IMG/VR virus record: IMGVR_UViG_3300024239_000011
Span: 310,001 to 374,000 of that record
Length of the DNA stretch: 64,000 bases
Reading direction: 5' to 3' (one strand)
The position numbers were made by a program, and so were the translations under genes. Below the pieces are notes generated by a model. That model did no database searches. It saw nothing but the letters and a program-made list of their open reading frames with translations, and was not told the DNA's origin. Below are positions 55,529-64,000 of this stretch, piece by piece (position 1 is the first letter of the stretch; each line of letters begins with the position of its first letter).

Positions 55529-56743
55529 TTAGAAAGTATACCAATTCAACGGAATCAGATCGCGGATGCTCTCGATCTTGGTTGAGGTGCCTGTGTTCTT
55601 CAGCACGAAGTCACGGACCATAGCGAAGGCGTTCTTGCCATCCCAAACTTGGAACGACAACGGACGAAGGCGGCTGTCCAACTTCTGCGAAGCCCCCAGT
55701 GCGTATTCCTTCTTCGCCTGCTTTTCATCGCCGCCCACTGCCTTCAGAATCTCTTCTTTGGCGGTCGCGACGTAGGTTTCCAACTGCTTGGCTTGTTTGG
55801 CGATTTCATGGTTCAACGCATCGGTGAATGCACTCAGTCGGTTGCGATCAGCTTCCTCCATGAATGCCATGGCGTCATCCATACTCTCGCTGAGAACGAG
55901 TTCCCACACGTTCTTCTCAATGGCGATAAGTTCTTTCGCCTTGTGAATACGGCAGTAATGTTCGTTCTTGACCTTGTACATCCGCCCATCAGCAAAGCGG
56001 ATCACATAACCTTCGCCTTCAGTTTCCCCCTTTGTTCTCTCCAAGAAAGCCTGGATATCTGCAATACTCGACCCGAACACCTCGACTACCGGAATACCAA
56101 ACGGCTGTGCCATCTGCACCATGTCTTCATAGGGCACGTAGTAGCCCTTGATCATATGTCGAATAGCGGTCAACACCAGCATGTCTTCCGGGTAATCTAC
56201 GACAATTCTTTGTTTACGCGAACACCACTCAAAGATAGGGGTAAAGCCGTTCTCCAACATGGATGCCATGAAATTTACGTAGCCAATTTCATCATGCCCG
56301 AACGCAAATTCCTGCGCAGGGATAGCAACGTCAGTCGGACCCATCTTGGTGCAGAGGATCATCTTTCCGCCCAGAATCATGGGATGGATCATGCTGCCAT
56401 CCATCTTCGCCATGATGCGGAGATCAGACGACCAATTGACCTGATGCGGTTGAGTTTCCTCGCGTTCACCCACATTGAAGAATTTGTGATAAACACGTGC
56501 CAAAATCTTCCCCGTGGCAGAGCAGAACTTGATGCCACGAGCTTCCCGACGAACAATCGCCTTTAGACGATCACGGGGATCATCTATAGAAATCAAATCA
56601 GGGAAAGTATGGGCGAAGTTGACCGCGTAATTCACAACGGTAAAGCCGTCGCGCTCGCCTACAATCCACTCTTCACCACGGACGCCATTCTCGTCGGTCA
56701 ACGCCCACAACAGGTCGTCTATATGCTGTATTTGCGGAAACAC
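55529..56743 (-). CDS. T4 Rnl1-type RNA ligase
   Basis: REARGIKF, YHKFFNVGE, KMDGSMI, TPIFEW, EGYVI, YKVK. Confidence 0.9.
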   Translation of the reverse strand: MFPQIQHIDDLLWALTDENGVRGEEWIVGERDGFTVVNYAVNFAHTFPDLISIDDPRDRLKAIVRREARGIKFCSATGKILARVYHKFFNVGEREETQPHQVNWSSDLRIMAKMDGSMIHPMILGGKMILCTKMGPTDVAIPAQEFAFGHDEIGYVNFMASMLENGFTPIFEWCSRKQRIVVDYPEDMLVLTAIRHMIKGYYVPYEDMVQMAQPFGIPVVEVFGSSIADIQAFLERTKGETEGEGYVIRFADGRMYKVKNEHYCRIHKAKELIAIEKNVWELVLSESMDDAMAFMEEADRNRLSAFTDALNHEIAKQAKQLETYVATAKEEILKAVGGDEKQAKKEYALGASQKLDSRLRPLSFQVWDGKNAFAMVRDFVLKNTGTSTKIESIRDLIPLNWYTF

Positions 56744-56835
56744 CGAATCTCTCCTTATCAGATTCGGACAAATATATTGGAGAGCGTTCTTTGACTGTTA
56801 TTTCTTTCTTACGAAGTCAAAGTACCGGGTTTGGG

Positions 56836-56864
56836 TTGACCAAAATGCGTTCGATTGATATAAA
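56836..56864 (+). promoter_or_regulatory. Sigma70-type promoter
   Basis: TTGACC-17-TATAAA. Confidence 0.6.
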
Positions 56865-56893
56865 GACCCAAATTCTCACAATGGGCATGGACG

Positions 56894-58156
56894 ATGGAAT
56901 TCACCCCTCTTGAAATTCTCACCATTCTGCTTGGTATTTCGACCGCTTGTTATTCTGCGGTTCGAAAATTCACCAAGCTACCGCTGACCATCGGTATGGT
57001 CATGGCGTCGCTGGCTGCGTCTTACGGGATGATTGGGCTGGAAATGCTATTCCCCGGCTCGGGTATTCGCGCCATGGTCGAGGGCATCATCGGCAGCGGG
57101 AACTTCTCGAAGATCGTACTGGAATTCGCGCTGACCCCGTTGGTCTTTGCTACCGCGATGGAAGTGGACATCGACCAACTCAAGAGCCGGTGGAAATCCG
57201 TGCTGGTGCTTTCCACGGTCAGCGTGCTGATTTCCACCGCACTGTTCGGGATGCTGTTGCCTTCGGCTGCACTGATCGTGGGTAGCTCGATGACCGTGAT
57301 GGGCGCCTTGCTGCTTGGGTCGATGCAGTCGGCAACCGACCCGGTGGCGGTCAACGCGCTGCTGAAGGAACTCCCGTTCGTCCCCGACAGCCTCAAGATC
57401 AAAATTTCTGGTGAAAGCTTGGTCAATGATGGCGTTGCCGTTGTGGTCTACCTCGTCATGCTCTCGATGGCACAAGCTGCGGGAAATGCCGATCTGAGCT
57501 ACAGCCAAGCCGGGTGGTTGTTTGTTCAAGAAGCTGGCGGGGGGCTGGTCATCGGTGGGTTGGTCGCCGCCTTTATTTACCGTTGGACAAAAGCGCATGA
57601 CGAAGGTGAACTGGAATTCCTAATCACGCTGTTCGGTGTTCTGATCCTGATCGTGGTCGGTATCCGTTTGCACGTCAGCGCGCCGCTTGCTGCCCTGGTG
57701 GTGGGGATCGTGATTGGAAATTGGGGTGTTCGTTTCGCCATGAGCGATACCACTCATCAAGTCGTCCACACAGTCTGGCGGGTGATTGACGTAACTCTGA
57801 ATGCGATCCTGTTCACGCTGATCGGCACCGTCGTGATCATCATCAACCATGACGCCAAACATGTGTTGTTCTCAGTTGCCGCAATCGCCGTGTCGCTGGT
57901 GGCGCGGTTTGTATCGGTGGCAATACCGCTCAAACTGCTTGGATGGTTTACCAATGAAAAACCCACCAAAGGTGCGACCCGTGTGTTGACTTGGGGCGGT
58001 TTACGAGGTGGTATTCTGGTGGCGTTGGCGCTGTCATTACCCGACACCATCCCCGGCAAGAGCTACATTCTCGCGGGTGCTTACGGTATCGTTCTATGGA
58101 CCATCATCGTCCAAGGGCTAACCGTGAAATGGCTAATCCTGCGAGTGGTCAAGTAG
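56894..58156 (+). CDS. CPA1-family Na+/H+ antiporter (NhaP-like)
   Basis: SATDPVAV, GESLVNDG, WGGLRG; about 12 TM segments. Confidence 0.92.
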   Translation: MEFTPLEILTILLGISTACYSAVRKFTKLPLTIGMVMASLAASYGMIGLEMLFPGSGIRAMVEGIIGSGNFSKIVLEFALTPLVFATAMEVDIDQLKSRWKSVLVLSTVSVLISTALFGMLLPSAALIVGSSMTVMGALLLGSMQSATDPVAVNALLKELPFVPDSLKIKISGESLVNDGVAVVVYLVMLSMAQAAGNADLSYSQAGWLFVQEAGGGLVIGGLVAAFIYRWTKAHDEGELEFLITLFGVLILIVVGIRLHVSAPLAALVVGIVIGNWGVRFAMSDTTHQVVHTVWRVIDVTLNAILFTLIGTVVIIINHDAKHVLFSVAAIAVSLVARFVSVAIPLKLLGWFTNEKPTKGATRVLTWGGLRGGILVALALSLPDTIPGKSYILAGAYGIVLWTIIVQGLTVKWLILRVVK

Positions 58157-58307
58157 AATCGTCCAACGTTTCCTTGACCTTGGCAAGCTCGTCAGGTGCC
58201 ACCCAGCTTTCAAACAGGCGGGGTGGCGTTTCTTTTGCGGTTTTAAGCTTGCCTGGGCACCCGGAAGACCATCCAGTACAACATCAGCGGGAAAACTGGG
58301 CACAGGG

Positions 58308-58667
58308 TCATAAAATCGGGTACAGGATGGGTATATCAGGGAAGAGTTCCATCTGACGGTCATCGGGGATCACCCCGGTATACGGGTGGATGGAATCGCC
58401 GTATCCCCACCGCGCCCGATGCCGAACGACATCGGGCGCGGTGGACATCACATAGACCAAGAATTCGCTTTTGTTGTCCTCACACACCTCGTCCCAATGG
58501 ACTTCGGTGATGGGGTCGCGCTCTTCCTCGGTTACACCGGTACTGACCACATAGACGTAGGCGACCTTCTCGATACCAGTCAAGACAGCGGGAACCCAAC
58601 GTTCCCGCTCCGTGATATCGGGGTGCTTAAACAGCACCCAATCACCTATGCGAAGGTAGTCAGACAT
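58308..58667 (-). CDS. Hypothetical protein
   Basis: Follows clpP closely. Confidence 0.55.
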   Translation of the reverse strand: MSDYLRIGDWVLFKHPDITERERWVPAVLTGIEKVAYVYVVSTGVTEEERDPITEVHWDEVCEDNKSEFLVYVMSTAPDVVRHRARWGYGDSIHPYTGVIPDDRQMELFPDIPILYPIL

Positions 58668-58670
58668 TGG

Positions 58671-59258
58671 TTACGGACGCTTCGAGATCACGTCGTCAAC
58701 CAGACCCAGCGCCTTCGCCTCTTCGGCTGACAGAAACGTATCGCGGTCCAACTTGTCTTCCCATACCTCAAGGGCAACGCCGGTATGTTCGGCATACTTC
58801 TTGGTCAGCTTGTCCTTGATGTTCTGAATTTCCTTCGCCTGGATTTGGATGTCACTACACATACCACCAGCACCACCGGACGGCTGGTGTACCATGACGC
58901 GAGCATTTGGCAGGATGAAACGCTTACCCTTAGCACCAGCCATGAGTAAGAACGAACCCATCGATGCTGCCTGACCAATACACACAGTTGAGACATCCGG
59001 CTTGATGAACTGCATCGTGTCGTAAATGGCAAGACCGGAGGTTACTACACCGCCCGGTGAATTGATGTACATATGAATGTCCGCGTTCGGATCATCACTC
59101 TCCAAGAAAAGAAGCTGGGCACAAACCAGTTCAGCAGTGTGGTCATCAATAGCACCATTGATGAACAGCACTCGTTCTTTCATCAATCTGCTGAAAAGAT
59201 CGTAGCTGCGTTCACCGCGACCACTCTGTTCAACAACAATCGGAACAAGATTCGACAT
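58671..59258 (-). CDS. clpP: ATP-dependent Clp protease proteolytic subunit
   Basis: YDLFSRL, YINSPGG, AASMGS, MVHQP, DRD. Confidence 0.97.
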   Translation of the reverse strand: MSNLVPIVVEQSGRGERSYDLFSRLMKERVLFINGAIDDHTAELVCAQLLFLESDDPNADIHMYINSPGGVVTSGLAIYDTMQFIKPDVSTVCIGQAASMGSFLLMAGAKGKRFILPNARVMVHQPSGGAGGMCSDIQIQAKEIQNIKDKLTKKYAEHTGVALEVWEDKLDRDTFLSAEEAKALGLVDDVISKRP

Positions 59259-59363
59259 TAGACCCTCTCAGGATTATGAATGCCCTGACCGTATCAGAGC
59301 ATGGAAGTTTCGGCCAATTTGTTTTATGGATAGAGCGGTAATCAAGTTGATCTGATCCATGGG

Positions 59364-60656
59364 TTAAGACCCACCGTTCGACGGGATATATGGCACAGTA
59401 GTCCCAAACGGAGCTTCAATCTTGCTTCCCTTGTTATTAATAATGAACAAGGTGTCGCAGAAATAAGGATCACCCCATCCTTTATTTGGCAATCCATCAG
59501 TAAACATGACGAACTGCTCTGGTACCATATCCATTCGACGCATAAATTCCCAATTTGCCTCGAATCGGGTACCACCACCACCTTTCACCCATTGATAATC
59601 GAACATCGTGTCAGCGTTGTCCGGGGTGAAAATGTGATAGCTGTCCTTGTAGACTTTGGTGTCAAACGACCAGATATGGATTTTGTAGTCCGGGAACTGA
59701 TCCATAATTCCTTTCGTTTCCGTCAGAAAATCACGAATCATTTCCTCGGTAATACTAGCAGATGCATCAATACCAACGTGGATTTCAATAGTGTCCTCGT
59801 AGATCATACCGGGAAGAATGATTCCGAGGTGAGCGCACTTACGGCTTGGCTTGGTGTAGCTGTAATCCTCTTTGACAAGGCTCTGTACTGTGCGATTGAG
59901 CATTTGGCGCCAGTCAAGCTGCGGATCAGCGATATCCGCAATTAGGCGTCGTAAAGACGCCGGGACAGCACCAGCCCCGACCACCTGAGCCGCATTGATC
60001 ATGGCGTTCCGTATTTCGTTGCGGACTTGCTGCAACTCTTCCTCGGACATTTCCGGCGGACCATTACCGTCGCCTTGGATACGAACCTTGACTTTCTTCT
60101 GCCCACTTCCGGTATCGGCGCCTAGGTCAAGATGCATGTCCATCGTCATTTCGACTTCAACGCCACGCTTCTTCAGGTCTTCATAAACCTGCTCGGACGA
60201 CCACGGCTCGGGGAACATGAACCGTTCATCGTACAGCCCGACGCGCTGGACCTTACCATCCTTGTCCTTGCTGTCCTTGTCCTTGACCCGCAATTTCTCG
60301 CGAACCGGCATGCTTCCGATGTCTTCCTTCATCAGCATGCCGTTCACAACGTAATCGTTGGCGTTGTTCCACAGCCCCGGATCACGTTCGCCCCGCCGCC
60401 CGAAGTGGTCGAGAATGCAATGCCCGACCTCATGTACCAATACGAACACAAGTTCAGGCTTGGTCAGTGACGCCACAAATTCCGGATTGTAATAGAGTTT
60501 GCGGAAATCGGTTGCCATGGTGGGGCACCAATCACTCGCTTCCTCAAGCTCCATATGGGAAATGATGTTCCCAAAGAACGTGTGCTTGAAAAGCAGATGC
60601 GTCTTGGCAAACACAATCTGTTTTTCAATCTCATCCTTGAACAAATTCGAAGTCAT
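59364..60656 (-). CDS. DUF2201-type metallopeptidase plus VWA-like protein
   Basis: TMATD, HEVGH, WNNANDYVVN; VWA IDASAS, FDT, GGGTRF, FTDG. Confidence 0.88.
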   Translation of the reverse strand: MTSNLFKDEIEKQIVFAKTHLLFKHTFFGNIISHMELEEASDWCPTMATDFRKLYYNPEFVASLTKPELVFVLVHEVGHCILDHFGRRGERDPGLWNNANDYVVNGMLMKEDIGSMPVREKLRVKDKDSKDKDGKVQRVGLYDERFMFPEPWSSEQVYEDLKKRGVEVEMTMDMHLDLGADTGSGQKKVKVRIQGDGNGPPEMSEEELQQVRNEIRNAMINAAQVVGAGAVPASLRRLIADIADPQLDWRQMLNRTVQSLVKEDYSYTKPSRKCAHLGIILPGMIYEDTIEIHVGIDASASITEEMIRDFLTETKGIMDQFPDYKIHIWSFDTKVYKDSYHIFTPDNADTMFDYQWVKGGGGTRFEANWEFMRRMDMVPEQFVMFTDGLPNKGWGDPYFCDTLFIINNKGSKIEAPFGTTVPYIPSNGGS

Positions 60657-60657
60657 A

Positions 60658-60861
60658 TTACCAACCTTCGGAAATTACATCTCTGATCAACGTTAGATAA
60701 TTGATACTGTCGTTTTTAGGCGACGCAAACACTACCCATTTACACCCATCAAACAAATAAAGGTTTCCATCTATTGTGTTGAGGTAAACGTCATTGCGGG
60801 TAGGTGATGGCAAGTGTTCAGCAGACGGCGTGTGATAAGTAATTGTTTCAATGATCATCAA
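60658..60861 (-). CDS. Mini-protein: one tail-fibre repeat plus C-terminal NYL tag
   Basis: NDVYLNTIDGNLYLFDGCKWVV matches GQLWFNTTDNKMYLFNGTTWVV of the fibre at 1950. Ends INYLTLIRDVISEGW. Confidence 0.65.
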   Translation of the reverse strand: MMIIETITYHTPSAEHLPSPTRNDVYLNTIDGNLYLFDGCKWVVFASPKNDSINYLTLIRDVISEGW

Positions 60862-62192
60862 GTTGCTTTCGTGGCTTTGTACCGATTGTACTCTATATGT
60901 GCTTCGTCTTCAGTAAATCTATGCTTATTACTATCATAGATCATGTATTGAAATGCATATCCATTTCCTATAACCGCCTCTCGTTTGGCGTTATTTCGAG
61001 GAAAACTATCCCCAAACGTGAACACACTTTTCACTTCAATGATCAGCTTTTCGGATGGTACATAAATGTCAGGATGATACAAACGTTCACGACCCATATA
61101 ATTGTAGCGGAAAGATGGTACATCTTTTCCAAAATAAAGGAGTTGTTCTTGGTAATGCATTAAGAGATCGTCACATGCCCAATCTTCATACCCCTGAACC
61201 TTGATAACCTTTCCTGAGGGCAACACGTAGTCTTTGTTACGATAGCAACCCTTCCTCGTTGCGTCCCACCATGCATCACTTCGGATCATGGTTCGAAAAG
61301 CATCAGTATGAGCGAAATGTTCGACCCCATAACGGTCGAGCATCGTGCGGCGTGCTTTGATGAATACACTACCACCCGTCCGCATGCAATTTTCACCATA
61401 TACTTGACGCCGAGTTGCCATCATTTTCGTTGAGAATTGTTGCCGAACTCCATCATCCTTGTATTTCTCAATCATTATTTCAGAACGATGTGTTTTTGCA
61501 CTGGGGCATTCTTGGTAATATGGCGAACAACACCATTTCGAGTTGTCGTACCCAGATGTCATGAGTTCATAATGCGCTGCCTGCCCACAGCCGTAATCAC
61601 AAACATGATTGCTATTCTCATGAAATACCCCTTCGCGTTTTTTACCACGTAATGCTTCGCTGATTTTGCGTCCGTAGCCGGGGCAATCCGATATTTGTTC
61701 TACACATCGCCATTGCCACGTTACTTCACTGAAATGCGTCCCGGTTGCCCCACAGTGCGCGCAAATCGGCGGTGGGATTTCACGAGCATTCAACTGTCCA
61801 GGGTTGGTTACGCCATATCGTTCGACCAGCGTCTTTTCAATTTTGTCCCGAACCTCCGGGGTGCGTTGGGCAAATTCATCACCGTACCGATCCCGGTTGG
61901 TTGCTTTTCGCTTCTCAAGAGTTTGTGTATTCGTAGCCGCGCATTTCTCCGAACAATACCGGGAGTACCCTTTATCTCGACCCGGCACTTTCCACTGCGT
62001 GGCGCTTCCACACGTCGGGCAACACGGAATGTCATCACCATGGATCACGTGCCAACATTTTCGCTGCAAACACCAATCATCGGGATACATCACCAAATAG
62101 GTCGCAAGTTCTTCCCAGTGATCCCACTTAGGAAGGTTGTACCATTTCATACGATTTGACGTATTAAGGTAATCAATAAGACGCGATTTCAT
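60858..62192 (-). mobile_element. Putative homing endonuclease (zinc fingers, RYG repeats, PD-(D/E)XK nuclease)
   Basis: Repeats ERYGV/DRYG; VQGYE, YHPDIY..IIEVKS. TATAAATA at 62236-62243 overlaps a 14-bp hairpin at 62203-62238. Confidence 0.75.
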
Positions 62193-62252
62193 GGTGTTCT
62201 CCATAGTCAGGTGGACTTTTAGTTGTCCACCTGACTATTTATACAACTTCCG

Positions 62253-63362
62253 TCAAGCTTCTAATATAAGTTCTTCGTATTTATCAGAAAACCACTCCCA
62301 GTTGCGCATCAAATCCGGCATAAACGGTAGGTTCTCTGACTTCAACGCGATACGTACAGCCAGGATGATCATTTCGCGCTGGAAGTTCTTGTCCACGAAA
62401 GCGAGGAAGTTGTCAGCCATTTCGAACCACGGCGTCAAATCGCTGCGGTCCTGGGCAAGCTTCAACTGCTTCTTCAACTCGTAGCACAGCGAAGTGGTCA
62501 GCGAATACTTCACATCAAGACGGAGATCGGAGGGGATCGTCTTACGTTCACCAGTAAGAATGGTGATGGCGCGCGGTAGCTTGACCGTGTGACGCAGAAC
62601 CGCCATGAAACGCAGGGCGGCGGCATCACCGACGCAACCAGCGATCCACTTCAGAAGGTCTTCGTCCTGCTGGGGCGACATTTCTTCCGTGAATTCTTCG
62701 TCCCACAGCGCCTCGGACACGAACGACCATGTGCGAGGGGTCTGGAAACCACGGCTGGCAGAGCGAGGATTGAACTGGAAAAGATCGTCTTCTTTGGCGC
62801 TCAAATAACCAACCACGTCCGGATGGATGCCGTTTTCATATGCCCACTTCTGCCAATCCGGGAACCAACGCATAAGCTCAAAATGTACCAGACGGTTGGC
62901 AAGGGCGCTCGGCATGCTAACCGCAACAGCGCGGTCAGATTCGCGGTTACCAGCGGCTAGGAGGGCGCAATTCGGCGGGAGGTGGTATTCACCGATCTTG
63001 CGATCCAACACCCACTGTAGCGCCGCGCCCATGACCATCTTCGGGGCAGCGTTGATTTCGTCCAAGAAAATGATTGCGGAGCTATCGGGATCATCCGGCA
63101 ATTCGCTCGGATGTGCGTATTCCATCTTGTTGGTTTTTGGGTTGTAGAACGGAATGCCGCGAAGGTCGCTGGCTTCCTTGAGCAGCAAACGAATATCAAT
63201 GACCGGACGGTTCTGTTCTATTGCAATCTGCTTAACGATATCAGATTTGCCTAGACCCGGCGGACCCCAGATCATAGCAGGACGCTTGAGGCGAATCGAC
63301 TTGCGTAGCTGGCGCTTCAACGCGCTGGGGATAACGCGAAGAGGTTCGTGCGACGTACTCAT
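62253..63362 (-). CDS. MoxR-like AAA+ ATPase
   Basis: WGPPGLGKS, DLRGIP, FLDEIN, AAGNR, ALANR, TPRTW. Typical partner of DUF2201/VWA proteins. Confidence 0.9.
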   Translation of the reverse strand: MSTSHEPLRVIPSALKRQLRKSIRLKRPAMIWGPPGLGKSDIVKQIAIEQNRPVIDIRLLLKEASDLRGIPFYNPKTNKMEYAHPSELPDDPDSSAIIFLDEINAAPKMVMGAALQWVLDRKIGEYHLPPNCALLAAGNRESDRAVAVSMPSALANRLVHFELMRWFPDWQKWAYENGIHPDVVGYLSAKEDDLFQFNPRSASRGFQTPRTWSFVSEALWDEEFTEEMSPQQDEDLLKWIAGCVGDAAALRFMAVLRHTVKLPRAITILTGERKTIPSDLRLDVKYSLTTSLCYELKKQLKLAQDRSDLTPWFEMADNFLAFVDKNFQREMIILAVRIALKSENLPFMPDLMRNWEWFSDKYEELILEA

Positions 63363-63455
63363 TAAAAATCCTTCCACCAAATGCCATGCGGTAAACCCGC
63401 GCAAACAGTTGATGGAGGATCACATAGCCGGTAATCCGGTGTCACTAAACTTTTT

Positions 63456-64000
63456 TTACTTGAATTCGCGCACAAATTCTAAGAAATCATCAGCGGGCAT
63501 CGGGCGTGCAAAGTAATATCCTTGAACAATGCGGACGTTATGCTGACGCATAAAATCAATTTGTGCTTCTGTTTCCACACCTTCTGCAACCATTTCGAGA
63601 TCAAGACTTTTGGCAATGGAAATAATCGCCTCGACTAACTTGGTATTTCCAGAAAGCACTTTATCAACAAACGATTTATCAATCTTCAAAACGTCTAGTG
63701 GAAATTCTGATAGATAGGCAAGGCTAGACCACCCAGTACCAAAATCGTCAATCGCGATGGTAACACCCAACTTACGCAGATGACGCAATACCGTAATGGC
63801 ATTGTGCTGGTTGCTCATAAAACTACTTTCGGTAATTTCCAGTTCAAGATTGGCTGGTGAAATTCCAGTTTCCAACAAGACATCACGAACATTACGTTCA
63901 AGTGAATTATGGACAAACTGTTGCGGTGCAACGTTCACTGCTAATTTAAGATCGATGCCATGTCCAGATAATACTTTGGCAAACTCACACGCTTTCCGCA
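63456..64000 (-). CDS. EAL-domain c-di-GMP phosphodiesterase (5' part outside window)
   Basis: AVNV, LELEITES, IAIDDFGTG, LKIDKSFV, VAEGVET, QGYYFARP. Frame open to the window edge. Confidence 0.93.
   Translation of the reverse strand, partial: RKACEFAKVLSGHGIDLKLAVNVAPQQFVHNSLERNVRDVLLETGISPANLELEITESSFMSNQHNAITVLRHLRKLGVTIAIDDFGTGWSSLAYLSEFPLDVLKIDKSFVDKVLSGNTKLVEAIISIAKSLDLEMVAEGVETEAQIDFMRQHNVRIVQGYYFARPMPADDFLEFVREFK

Noticed and set aside
1-64000. Genome-wide TAG recoding (alternative genetic code)
   Set aside because: Long genes are uninterrupted in the standard code and several genes end at TAG at sensible positions (18707, 23685, 58156). Only pth shows an internal TAG.
1-64000. Bacterial chromosome or prophage, given cheY, flagellin, clpP, aas and kpsF
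   Set aside because: These genes are isolated among phage-type small ORFs, fibres, homing endonucleases and T4-like late promoters. No integrase or host operon context is visible.
1-64000. CRISPR array, tRNA or rRNA genes
   Set aside because: No regularly spaced direct repeats or cloverleaf/T-loop signatures were recognised by eye. The ATCACCTCCT at 26129 is an isolated 10-mer, not an rRNA gene. A tRNAscan run would be needed to be certain.

Overview
64 kb of a large (jumbo-type, T4-superfamily-like) dsDNA phage genome. The host is probably an alphaproteobacterium, inferred from the flagellin-flbT-flaF, CheY, KpsF and Aas types. Layout: tail-fibre/virion genes (1-3.3 kb); six tandem radical SAM/SPASM genes followed by a late-promoter operon encoding a fibre-like protein and a 12-Cys peptide (3.3-12.2 kb); a dense run of small accessory ORFs (12.2-29.4 kb); then thyA, dhfr, homing endonucleases, a diguanylate cyclase, Pnkp, kpsF, pth, aas, flagellin-flbT-flaF, an Ig/LamG fibre, RNA ligase, NhaP, ClpP, a MoxR-VWA pair and a truncated EAL gene. 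Most notable candidates: (1) at least seven unrelated small proteins share a C-terminal D-Y-L-x-x-I-R/K-x-V-V helix, and several are miniaturised fragments of virion proteins (sheath, capsid, fibre repeat), suggesting a bait-plus-tag system; (2) a multi-rSAM cluster that may modify a Cys-rich virion peptide; (3) a motility-control toolkit including a MotA lacking all transmembrane helices; (4) an in-frame amber codon conserved in two copies of the pth 5' end; (5) a candidate sRNA displaying a perfect Shine-Dalgarno sequence. All family assignments come from motif recognition by eye, with no database searches. No tRNA, rRNA or CRISPR array was recognised.
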